From: an uncultured Alphaproteobacteria bacterium
GTDB lineage: Bacteria; Pseudomonadota; Alphaproteobacteria; Puniceispirillales; Puniceispirillaceae
DNA: 64,000 nt
Reading direction: 5' to 3'
Assembly: GCA_963966775.1 (NCBI GenBank)
Contig: CAXAAH010000003.1
Coordinates: forward strand, 1,793-65,792
Within the stretch, counting starts at the first letter, position 1; each line of letters opens with the position of its first letter. The notes under the pieces are model-generated. The model saw nothing but the letters and a program-made list of their open reading frames with translations. It did not search any database and was not told where the DNA came from. Below are positions 56,596 to 64,000 of this stretch, in pieces. The position numbers and the translations under genes are program-made.

Positions 56596-56727
56596 TTAGT
56601 GACAATATGCATGCTTGCGCTCGCATGATAATGGCGAGACACGCTCTCCCTCAGAGATATGTATCTTAGGCGCCCCTTTGTTAATTTTTGATTAAGATTA
56701 AGCGCGCATGGAAAGATTAATTTAATA

Positions 56728-57124
56728 AGGTCAGATGGCCTATAAGCCGGGTTTTGTTCATCGCCCTTTTGAGGGGGCGTTTGATGGCTATTCATCTAGC
56801 TGGCCAGTTACCTGACCAGTCCTGCAACCTACCCGAACATCTTGGCAAGATCGCCAATGCCACCGAGGTGGCGCGTGTCCCTATCTGGTCTTGCTCCGAA
56901 TGGGGTTTACCATGCCAGTGCTGTTGCCAGCGCCTGCGGTGCGCTCTTACCGCACCTTTTCACCCTTACCACGCATCAAAAGATGAGAGGCGGTTTGTTT
57001 TCTGTGGCACTTTCCCTAGGGTTGCCCCCGCTGGACGTTATCCAGCATTCTGATCTTGTGGAGCCCGGACTTTCCTCTCGTGCGCTTATAAAAGCGTACC
57101 AGCAACCATCCAGCCATCTGACCT
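56728..57124 (-). ncRNA. rnpB: RNase P RNA, bacterial type A
   Basis: The - strand contains the universally conserved GAGGAAAGTCCGGGCTCCACA, GGTAAGGGTGAAAAGGTGCGGTAAGAGCGCACC and ACAAAACCCGGCTTATAGG. P1 pairing AGGTCAGATGGC/GCCATCTGACCT defines the ends to within a few nt. Confidence 0.93.
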
Positions 57125-57194
57125 AGGCGTCTTTTTGCCCCAGCTTTATGGTATCGTCAAGTTTTGGAGATGTAATTAGGATTAGCCCCGCTTA

Positions 57195-59012
57195 TTAGCC
57201 GTCTAGTGCTTCTTTCTTCATTTCCACCTCAAGCCACGCTTCTTCCTTGTCGGCGAGCGTTTGTTTATCTTGGGCGATCTTATCTGCCACCCCTTGATAG
57301 GCGGCGGGGTCTTTGGCAAAGAAATCCATATCTGTCAGGCGTAACTCATTCTTGGCAATCGCCGCCTCAAGCGCGTCAATTTCCTTGGGCAATGTCTCAA
57401 GCGCATGCACATCCTTATAAGATAGCCTGTCTGTGCGAGGCCCTTTTGGCTTTTCCTTTTGCGCTTGCTTTTTCTTCTTCGCGGCCGCCTTGTCTTTACT
57501 CTCAGCCCCTGTCTTGCGGGCAAGGTAATCATTATAGCCGCCCGCATGCGGGGTGATTTTGCCATCCCCCTCAAAGGCCAGAACAGAGGTCACGGTGCGG
57601 TCAAGAAAGTCTCTATCATGGCTGACAATCATGATGGTGCCATCATAATCACCGACTACCTCTTGCAACAAATCAATGGTTTCCATATCCAAATCATTGG
57701 TCGGCTCATCAAGCACGAGGAAATTATGCGGTTGGGCAAAAATCTTGGCCAATAGCAAACGGTTCTGCTCACCACCTGACAGGGTGGAGACCTTTTGAGT
57801 CATCTTGTGATCATCAAATAAGAAATCGCGCAAATAGCTGGTGACATGTTTGGTTTTGCCTGCGACCTCGACACTATCACCGCCATCAGGGCAGAGAACT
57901 GACCAAGGAGAGCCTGTTTGATCAAGCGCGGCTCTAGACTGGTCAAAATAGGCAGGTAGCAAGCCAAAGCCTGTTTTCACATGACCTTGATCAGGCTTGG
58001 TCTCCCCTAACAATACGCGCACCAAAGATGATTTGCCTGCCCCGTTCGGGCCTAGCACACCAATCCTGTCACCGCGTCTGATACGGGCATGAAAATGCGA
58101 GACTAGCGGCCTTGTGCCGGCCTTTGTCTCGACCGCGATTGAGACATCTTTTGCCTCAAGCACCACCTGACCACCGCCCTCAGCAGGGCCTGTTGTGATA
58201 GACATAGAGCGTGCGGCAAGACCGCCTTCTCTGGCGCGTTGAATGCGCAGATTGGCCAATTCACGCAAGCGGCCTTGGTTTCTTTTACGGCGCGCAGAGA
58301 TGCCTTGGCGTGACCATCTGGTCTCTTCTGCGATGCGCTTATCTAATTTGGCAAGGCGCACGGATTCTTCTTGCTCAATGCCATCTGACCAATCTTCAAA
58401 TTGATCAAAAGGCGCGGTTCTGGTGCGCAAAGTGCCTTGGTTAATCCAGATCATCCCATTGCCAAGCGCCCGCAAAAAAGCGCGGTCATGCGAGATAAGC
58501 ACAAGCGCGCCTTGGCGTTCGCGCAACAAGCCTTCGAGCCATTCAATCGTTGGCAAATCAAGGTGGTTGGTCGGCTCATCCAACAGCAAGACATCTGGGT
58601 TTGTGACAAGCGCGCGTGCCAGAGATGCGCGCCGCGCCTCGCCCCCTGATAGGCCTTCGGTCATGCGTGCAGGGTCCATCCCCATTTTTTGCAACAGCGC
58701 CTCTGCCCGGAAAATCTCATGACTATCCTCAAGCCCCTCTGCCACATAAGAAGCCAGCGATTGCACGCCCTTTATGACAGGCACTTGCGGCAGATAGGCA
58801 ATTTCGGTTTGCGGTGCGACCCAGCGCGACCCTTCATCAGCCTCTGCTGTGCCTGTGATAAGCTTCATCAAGGTTGATTTGCCCGCCCCATTGCGCCCCA
58901 CCAAGGCGAGCCTATCACCATTATGGATAGACAAATCAACGCCGCGCAATAGCCAGCGGTCGCCAAGATTGACGCCAATATCACTTAAAGTCATGAGAGG
59001 GGGAGGAGCCAT
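57195..59012 (-). CDS. ABC-F family ATPase (Uup-like, with a C-terminal coiled-coil/basic domain)
   Basis: Two ABC cassettes ([20 protein letters not shown] and GPNGAGKSS/LSGGEQNRLLL) and a Lys-rich linker. The start is ATG 59012 or 58994; the track start 59042 overlaps the upstream gene. Confidence 0.88.
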   Translation of the reverse strand: MAPPPLMTLSDIGVNLGDRWLLRGVDLSIHNGDRLALVGRNGAGKSTLMKLITGTAEADEGSRWVAPQTEIAYLPQVPVIKGVQSLASYVAEGLEDSHEIFRAEALLQKMGMDPARMTEGLSGGEARRASLARALVTNPDVLLLDEPTNHLDLPTIEWLEGLLRERQGALVLISHDRAFLRALGNGMIWINQGTLRTRTAPFDQFEDWSDGIEQEESVRLAKLDKRIAEETRWSRQGISARRKRNQGRLRELANLRIQRAREGGLAARSMSITTGPAEGGGQVVLEAKDVSIAVETKAGTRPLVSHFHARIRRGDRIGVLGPNGAGKSSLVRVLLGETKPDQGHVKTGFGLLPAYFDQSRAALDQTGSPWSVLCPDGGDSVEVAGKTKHVTSYLRDFLFDDHKMTQKVSTLSGGEQNRLLLAKIFAQPHNFLVLDEPTNDLDMETIDLLQEVVGDYDGTIMIVSHDRDFLDRTVTSVLAFEGDGKITPHAGGYNDYLARKTGAESKDKAAAKKKKQAQKEKPKGPRTDRLSYKDVHALETLPKEIDALEAAIAKNELRLTDMDFFAKDPAAYQGVADKIAQDKQTLADKEEAWLEVEMKKEALDG

Positions 59013-59019
59013 AATCGTA

Positions 59020-59799
59020 TCAGCTTTCGGATGATTGCCCATTACGTGTTAAGTCAGCACGTGTTAAGTCGGCACGCATTAACTCATAAGCGCGGTTGAT
59101 GCGGGCGAGCCTGTCAGTGGCATTGTCGATGAATTCAGCTGGCATGCCTTTGGCGATGAGCTGGTCAGGGTGATGCTCTTTTGCTAAGCGCATCCAAGCG
59201 GCCCGAACATCTTTGAGGGAGGCTGTTTTTTCCACGCCCAAAATATGGTGCGGGGGCGGATTATCTGCGCCATATATCTCTGAGAGGCGGGCAAAATCAG
59301 CCTCATCATAGCCGAATATCTCTGCCACCTCGCCAAGATAGGCCCATTCAGGCTCTGTGATATCGCCATCTGCTTTGGCAATGTGAAACAGCAAATCAAG
59401 CAATTGTTCCAAGATAGGCGCTCTGGCACCAAATAGGTTCACGGTTTGCTTGGCATAGGATTGGAAGCCATCTTGCGTTTGACGCGCTAAATCCCAGAAT
59501 TTTGCGACCTGTTTGATATCTTTTGGCGGGATATGCACACGGCTTCGAAAGGCTCTGATCTCTGATTTGGTGACGATCCCATCTGTGCGCGCCATTTTCG
59601 CCGATAGCGCGATGACCGCAACCGTAAAGGCGACATTGCGGGTCTGGTCAGGGGCAAGGGCCTGTTTGAGGCCGCGCCCTGCCACATGGCCTGCCGCAGC
59701 GCCAAGCAATGCGCCAATAGGACCGCCAATTGCAAAGCCCGCCGCGCCGCCAATAATGATGCCCCAAATTGTCATGCTTTGTTTTAGCCCTACCATCAC
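59020..59799 (-). CDS. DjlA-like co-chaperone (N-terminal TM, TerB-like domain, C-terminal J domain)
   Basis: A Gly-rich TM segment, a TerB-like repeat region (ADGIVTKSEI, ADGDITEPEW), and a J domain with HPD (ILGVEKTASLKDVRAAWMRLAKEHHPDQ). Confidence 0.75.
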   Translation of the reverse strand: MMVGLKQSMTIWGIIIGGAAGFAIGGPIGALLGAAAGHVAGRGLKQALAPDQTRNVAFTVAVIALSAKMARTDGIVTKSEIRAFRSRVHIPPKDIKQVAKFWDLARQTQDGFQSYAKQTVNLFGARAPILEQLLDLLFHIAKADGDITEPEWAYLGEVAEIFGYDEADFARLSEIYGADNPPPHHILGVEKTASLKDVRAAWMRLAKEHHPDQLIAKGMPAEFIDNATDRLARINRAYELMRADLTRADLTRNGQSSES

Positions 59800-59889
59800 T
59801 GATAAAGCAAGTTGCCTTCTGTCGGTTATTTGTTATTTTTGCACAAGCAAAGCCGCAGTGAAGCGGTGCTTATCAGATAGGTGCGCGTG

Positions 59890-60135
59890 ATGACAAATCC
59901 TAGTCACAATGACGATATAATTCATGATTTTACGGGGCTTAAATGCCCTCTGCCTGTCTTGAAAGCGCGTCGTGCGCTAAAAGAGGTGGCACAAGGCACC
60001 ATCCTCACCTTTTTGGCAGATGACCCGGCAGCACCTCTTGATTTTGACCATTTTTGCGAGACCTCAGGCCATCGGCTTGTCAGCCAAGAGGCGCGTGAGG
60101 GGCTGTTTCGCTTTGTGATTGAAAAGCAGGGTTAA
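59890..60135 (+). CDS. TusA/SirA-like sulfur carrier protein
   Basis: About 82 aa with the signature GLKCPLPVLKARRAL. An ATG lies at 59890; the track starts at GTG 59881. Confidence 0.8.
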   Translation: MTNPSHNDDIIHDFTGLKCPLPVLKARRALKEVAQGTILTFLADDPAAPLDFDHFCETSGHRLVSQEAREGLFRFVIEKQG

Positions 60136-60538
60136 GCGCGGCCAATAGCCGTTTATGCGTCTCTGTTTTTTGATCATTATCAGGTTTTTGATCACTGTCA
60201 GGGCGATAGCCGCAAGCCTCAAGGCAGACATAAAAGCCATCTGCTGGCCTGCCACGCACCTTTGATATCACTAGTGCGGCCCTGATAGGCGCCCCTGCTG
60301 TGATATCTTGCGCTATCAGCGTCTCAAGAAAATTGGTCAGCTTATGAATGCGGTGCGGTGATGGCACGCCGCACTGACTTGCCAGCCCATCATAGGTAAT
60401 GGTCTGCGCCTTTTGGGCCAAAATAAGCAGCAGCATCTCAGCACGCTTTTGCCAATCCTGACCTTCATTTTTATCTGGGCTAGGCTGAGGTGTTATTGTC
60501 GGCCTGTTTGTGTTATTCATAGCCTGTCTTATCCTCAT
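60080..60538 (-). CDS. Hypothetical protein, possible winged-helix DNA-binding fold
   Basis: 152 aa. The core ITYDGLASQCGVPSPHRIHKLTNFLETL...APIRAALVIS resembles the MGMT-C/Atl-like winged helix but lacks the PCHR catalytic motif. The low-complexity tail overlaps the tusA-like 3' end. Confidence 0.5.
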   Translation of the reverse strand: MRIRQAMNNTNRPTITPQPSPDKNEGQDWQKRAEMLLLILAQKAQTITYDGLASQCGVPSPHRIHKLTNFLETLIAQDITAGAPIRAALVISKVRGRPADGFYVCLEACGYRPDSDQKPDNDQKTETHKRLLAALNPAFQSQSETAPHAPLG

Positions 60539-60555
60539 CTATGCGTTTCTGGTAC

Positions 60556-60585
60556 ATGAGACATATATGAGACACATATGAGACA
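60556..60585. promoter_or_regulatory. Three direct ATGAGACA repeats with 11-bp period in a divergent promoter region
   Basis: ATGAGACA at 60556-60563, 60567-60574 and 60578-60585, between ORF 60080-60538 (-) and plsC (+). Confidence 0.45.
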
Positions 60586-60610
60586 TATGCGCCTATGACC
60601 ATTTTAATGG

Positions 60611-61345
60611 ATGCCTTTATTTATGATTTTACTACGATCAATCTTGTTTAATATCTTTTTTTATTTAGGCACAGCCTTCTTGGTTATCGGCTTCTCGCCG
60701 CTTTTGCTATTGCCGGCGCGTATTGCCAGTCTTTTGGGCATGTTTTGGGGGGCTTATACCAGTTTCATTTTATGGCTGTTTTGCGGCATCACACACAGTC
60801 TGCGCGGTGATATGCGCCTTGGTGATCAGGTCATCTATGCCGCCAAACATCAATCAGCTTGGGAGACCATGCATCTTTGTTGGCGCCTCAACGGGCCGGC
60901 GATTGTCCTGAAAAAAGAGCTGATTATGATCCCATTTGCCGGCTGGTTTATGGCGCGCTCTGGGGCGATTGCGGTTGACCGCAAGGCTGGGATGAAGGCC
61001 TTGAAGAAATTGCGCACCGATGCGATTAAAGCAAGAGAGGCGGGCAGGTCTTTGCAAATCTATCCGCAAGGCACAAGAGTGGCCCCCGGCACAAAGGCAG
61101 ATTATCAGATTGGCGTCTATACAATCTATGAGGCGACAGGCCTGCCGGTGGTGCCGATTGCGCTGAATTCAGGGGAATGTTGGGGGCCGCGTGCTTTCAA
61201 AAAGATCCCCGGCAAAATCGATGTCTCTTTCTTGCCTGAGATTGAACCTGGCCTATCTCGTAAGGTGTTCATGGCACGTCTTGAAGAGGCGATTGAAACT
61301 GAAATGACACAGCTGGCACCTGCACAGGCAAAAAAAGAGGCATAG
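60611..61345 (+). CDS. plsC: 1-acyl-sn-glycerol-3-phosphate acyltransferase (PlsC family)
   Basis: N-terminal TM segments, an HxxxxD-type block (AKHQSAWE) and IYPQGTR (the FPEGTR equivalent). Confidence 0.85.
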   Translation: MPLFMILLRSILFNIFFYLGTAFLVIGFSPLLLLPARIASLLGMFWGAYTSFILWLFCGITHSLRGDMRLGDQVIYAAKHQSAWETMHLCWRLNGPAIVLKKELIMIPFAGWFMARSGAIAVDRKAGMKALKKLRTDAIKAREAGRSLQIYPQGTRVAPGTKADYQIGVYTIYEATGLPVVPIALNSGECWGPRAFKKIPGKIDVSFLPEIEPGLSRKVFMARLEEAIETEMTQLAPAQAKKEA

Positions 61346-61352
61346 GCGCATT

Positions 61353-61751
61353 ATGGATGGCGAGAGTTTTTATCATCAGCAACAATATAATGTGCTTGGC
61401 ACGCCGTTAATCGGCTGTTCGACAAGCCCTATGACAGGCTTTTTCCGTGATGGCTGTTGTGCCACGGGCCCGGAAGATAGAGGTGTTCATACCGTCTGTG
61501 CACAAATGAGTGATGCCTTTTTGGCGTTTTCACGTGATGCGGGGAATGATTTGATAACGCCGCGCCCTGAATTTGGGTTTCCCGGCCTGAAAGCAGGGGA
61601 TTTTTGGTGCCTATGCGCCGGACGATGGGAAGAGGCAAGGCAGGCTGGTATGGCGCCAAAAATTAAGCTGGCCGCCACAAATAGAGTCACGCTTGCCCTT
61701 GTGCCGCTTGATATTTTAACAAGTTACGCACTGGATGCGCCGAATAAATAG
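61353..61751 (+). CDS. DUF2237 family protein
   Basis: Pattern NVLGTPLIGCSTSPMTGFFRDGCCATGPEDRGVHTVCA...GNDLITP...FPGLKAGDFWCLCAGRW is characteristic of DUF2237. Confidence 0.8.
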   Translation: MDGESFYHQQQYNVLGTPLIGCSTSPMTGFFRDGCCATGPEDRGVHTVCAQMSDAFLAFSRDAGNDLITPRPEFGFPGLKAGDFWCLCAGRWEEARQAGMAPKIKLAATNRVTLALVPLDILTSYALDAPNK

Positions 61752-62027
61752 CCATTCATTAGGAAGCGCGGTCTTTTTGTGATATGCTGAAACCGTGGTC
61801 GGGGGAAGACATGCCACAATTATGCTTATCTAATATGCTTATATATAAGATAAAACGTATTTTGGGGTAAGGTGTCCCTCAGCGAGTTGGGACCGGCTAG
61901 GATACTCAACCAAGGGACACTACCTATACGCCATCATGGTGAAAGTGGTTTTCTCTCGATCCTGTTTTTTTTCGTCGTTCCGTATTGTGGGATGATTATC
62001 AGGTAAAAGCGCGTGACTTACGCCACC

Positions 62028-62456
62028 TCATGCCTGATTTCTAAGCGCATGTTCAATTTTTGTGCATTTATCCTGTACGGCAATCAGGCCCGCTGATTGT
62101 GCGAGCGCCATCGCATCATCATTTATCACGCCTATTTGCATCCAGAAATAACGCGCGCCAATCTCGATAGCTTCCTGTGCAATGGCAAGGCAGACCTCTG
62201 ATTGGCGGAACACATCCACCATATCAACCGAGACAGGGATATCAGATAGCTTGCCATAGCATAATTGCCCCAATAGCGGTTTGCCAGCAAGGCCGGGATT
62301 GACCGGGATGACCTGATAATCATGCGCCAACAGATAGCTCATCACCTGATAAGAGGGGCGTTCAGGATTGGCACTCGCCCCGATAAGGGCGATGGTTTTG
62401 CTATCGGCAAGAGACCTGTCTATGCGGGCCGCATCATCGGTGAAATCGGACGTCAT
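62028..62456 (-). CDS. CoA-binding domain protein (YccU/YneT-like)
   Basis: 142 aa. TIALIGASANPERPSY...GYQVIPVNP...VDMVDVFR matches the CoA_binding_2 pattern. Confidence 0.8.
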   Translation of the reverse strand: MTSDFTDDAARIDRSLADSKTIALIGASANPERPSYQVMSYLLAHDYQVIPVNPGLAGKPLLGQLCYGKLSDIPVSVDMVDVFRQSEVCLAIAQEAIEIGARYFWMQIGVINDDAMALAQSAGLIAVQDKCTKIEHALRNQA

Positions 62457-62478
62457 ATCGCACTCCTATCGGGATTGA

Positions 62479-64000
62479 TCATGCATCAGGGGCCGTTGGC
62501 GCTTGGCATGGTAAGGTGATTTTAAAGGCGGCGCCCGTAGCGCAATCTTCGAGGCGAAGCTTGCCGCCCAATAATTGGATAATCCGCGCAGAAATAGGCA
62601 AGCCTAGACCAACGCCCTTTTTGGAACTCTCCCCTGAGAGTGTCGCGAATTTTTCAAAGATAACATCTCGATCTTCAGGGCGAATGCCGGGGCCATTATC
62701 GCTCACTGAGATTTCTATGAAATCTGGCTGATCTGTCTGTTTTTTCTTATCGTTGGCACGGCTTGCTTGATGCACCTCAATCCAAATGGACGGGGTGTCG
62801 CCCTTATTATGCTTCACACCGTTTGAGATAAGGTTAATCAGCGCCTGCACAAGACGGTCTGCATCTGTCTCAAAAGCGATTGTGTTTTTGGGCAGGTGAA
62901 TCTTTGCGCCTCGCTCTTCTATGAGGCTGTCTGCGGCGATGAGCGCGCGATTGAGCAATTTATCGCTATCAGTCTTCTCATAATTCAGCTTTGGCACACG
63001 GCTCTCAAGGAAGTTTAGCTCTAGAATTTCATCTAGCAGGCGCGTTAGGCGTTGGCTTTCTTCATGAATGATGCTGGCAAAATAGACACTCTTTTTCTCA
63101 TCATGCGCGCTTGTTTCACGTAATATCTCTGAAAAAGAGCGGATAGATGTCATAGGCGTGCGCAATTCATGGCTAACTTGCGAGAGGAAATCATCGCGCT
63201 GATTGCCCATTAAGATCAGTTGCATATTGGCATTGCGCAATTGCTGGGCAGTGTTTTGCAGCTCTTCTGATTTCACTTCTAATTCGGCCGAATAGGCGCG
63301 CACTCTGGCAGATTCATCAGCCACCGCCACCAAATCAGAAACCGATAAATCACCATGCCCACCAATTTGCCGAATGATGGCCTGCGCGGTGGCGGCGCCA
63401 ACAACTGAGGCGAATTCGCGTTCAAGATCATCGAGCAGGGCGGCGGTTAATGCTGGCAGGGCATTCACCTTGCCTTGCTGTTCAGCCGCACGTTTGAAGA
63501 AGTTTTGCCCTTCCTTGCGCCCCAAAATACGCTGTGATAGGCCCAATAATTCATGCGCTGAGCCAGAGGTATGAAAGACAGAAGAAGGCCGTCTTAATGC
63601 CGCATCAGATTGGAAGATGGCGGCTTGCAATAATTCCATATCGCTGGGGCGTGTTGCCATAGAGACAAGGACAAAGACCACTGAATTGGCGCCAAGAGAC
63701 CAGACAAAGGAATGAACAAGCGGGTCTGGGATCATCGAGCCAAATAGCGCATAAGGTTTTAAGAGGGCAATCCCAAATAGGCCTTCCTCAATCACAGTGT
63801 TTGACATCACAAAGCTATTCTCAAAGCTTGGGATGAAGAGTGTGAATAGCCAGATAAGAAAGCCTGTGATAACCGCCGATAGGGCGCCTGCTTTTGTGGC
63901 TTGTCGCCAAAACATCCCGCCAACCAGCGCAGGGATAAATTGACTGACCCCCAAAAAGGCGATGAGGCCAATAGAGGCAAGCGCATCTGAGCCGCCTGAT
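62479..64000 (-). CDS. Sensor histidine kinase fused to a sodium:solute-symporter-like membrane domain (N-terminus outside the window)
   Basis: H-box SHELRTPMTSI and HATPase N/G boxes (NLISNGVKHN, DNGPGI, GVGLGLPIS). The hydrophobic N-terminal part stays in an open frame to position 64000. Confidence 0.85.
   Translation of the reverse strand, partial: SGGSDALASIGLIAFLGVSQFIPALVGGMFWRQATKAGALSAVITGFLIWLFTLFIPSFENSFVMSNTVIEEGLFGIALLKPYALFGSMIPDPLVHSFVWSLGANSVVFVLVSMATRPSDMELLQAAIFQSDAALRRPSSVFHTSGSAHELLGLSQRILGRKEGQNFFKRAAEQQGKVNALPALTAALLDDLEREFASVVGAATAQAIIRQIGGHGDLSVSDLVAVADESARVRAYSAELEVKSEELQNTAQQLRNANMQLILMGNQRDDFLSQVSHELRTPMTSIRSFSEILRETSAHDEKKSVYFASIIHEESQRLTRLLDEILELNFLESRVPKLNYEKTDSDKLLNRALIAADSLIEERGAKIHLPKNTIAFETDADRLVQALINLISNGVKHNKGDTPSIWIEVHQASRANDKKKQTDQPDFIEISVSDNGPGIRPEDRDVIFEKFATLSGESSKKGVGLGLPISARIIQLLGGKLRLEDCATGAAFKITLPCQAPTAPDA

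Noticed and set aside
56557-56605. Short tandem repeats that might be mistaken for a mini CRISPR or satellite
   Set aside because: There are only two 15-nt copies with a 3-nt gap, no spacers of unique sequence and no cas genes. The location fits a promoter or operator element.
56475-57126. Track ORFs 56475-56795 (-), 56754-57053 (+) and 56842-57126 (+), which could be called as hypothetical proteins
   Set aside because: The latter two lie largely or entirely within the RNase P RNA gene (56728-57124), whose conserved cores are unmistakable. ORF 56475-56795 runs through the repeat-rich promoter region, giving ITKTITITKTINI from the 18-bp repeats. None has a credible RBS or protein-like composition.
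61752-62027. Tested the convergent spacer for known RNAs (SRP/4.5S GGUCCGGAAGGAAGCAGCC core, tRNA or tmRNA T-loop GGTTCGANTCC, alphaproteobacterial tag-peptide coding ANDN..., and common riboswitch cores)
   Set aside because: None of these motifs is present. The region is kept only as an unclassified candidate in findings, not as a named RNA.

Overview
This window looks like an ordinary chromosomal core segment of an alphaproteobacterium-like genome, roughly 50% GC by eye. The lineage call rests on gene order and protein features: an alpha-type SerC, a long-linker FtsZ, RpoH, and hisZ.

The + strand block is ruvA-ruvB-ybgC-tolQ-tolR-tolA-tolB-pal-cpoB-tilS-ftsH-folP-glmM, then serC-serA and hisZ-purA. 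After that the genes are mostly on the - strand:
- rpoH, rluD, mlaC-mlaA
- ligA-recN-bamD-lpxC
- a complete, canonically ordered dcw cluster: mraZ-rsmH-ftsL-ftsI-murE-murF-mraY-murD-ftsW-murG-murC-murB-ddl-ftsQ-ftsA-ftsZ

ettA, uvrD, prmA and an aminopeptidase P are interspersed on the + strand. The right end carries:
- an orphan secreted-protein gene
- the RNase P RNA gene (the only RNA gene I can support)
- an ABC-F ATPase
- a DjlA-like J-protein
- a tusA-like gene
- an unknown winged-helix-like ORF
- plsC
- a DUF2237 protein
- a CoA-binding protein
- a symporter-fused histidine kinase truncated by the window edge

I saw no rRNA, tRNA, CRISPR array, transposase, integrase, phage or defence-type genes. 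I found no convincing multi-gene novel system.

The observations worth a second look are small-scale:
- a two-part, oppositely oriented, 10-bp-phased ATGGG box architecture upstream of mraZ
- an insulated orphan secreted-protein cassette with decorated upstream DNA
- a 276-bp convergent spacer with an AT-rich island, a mini-ORF and a hairpin (possible sRNA or small protein)
- an 11-bp-phased triple repeat in a divergent promoter
- a roughly 100-aa N-terminal extension on FolP
- a recurrent pattern of in-frame 9-24 bp tandem duplications inside otherwise conserved housekeeping genes

All product calls come from motif recognition in the supplied translations and from synteny. No database search was run.
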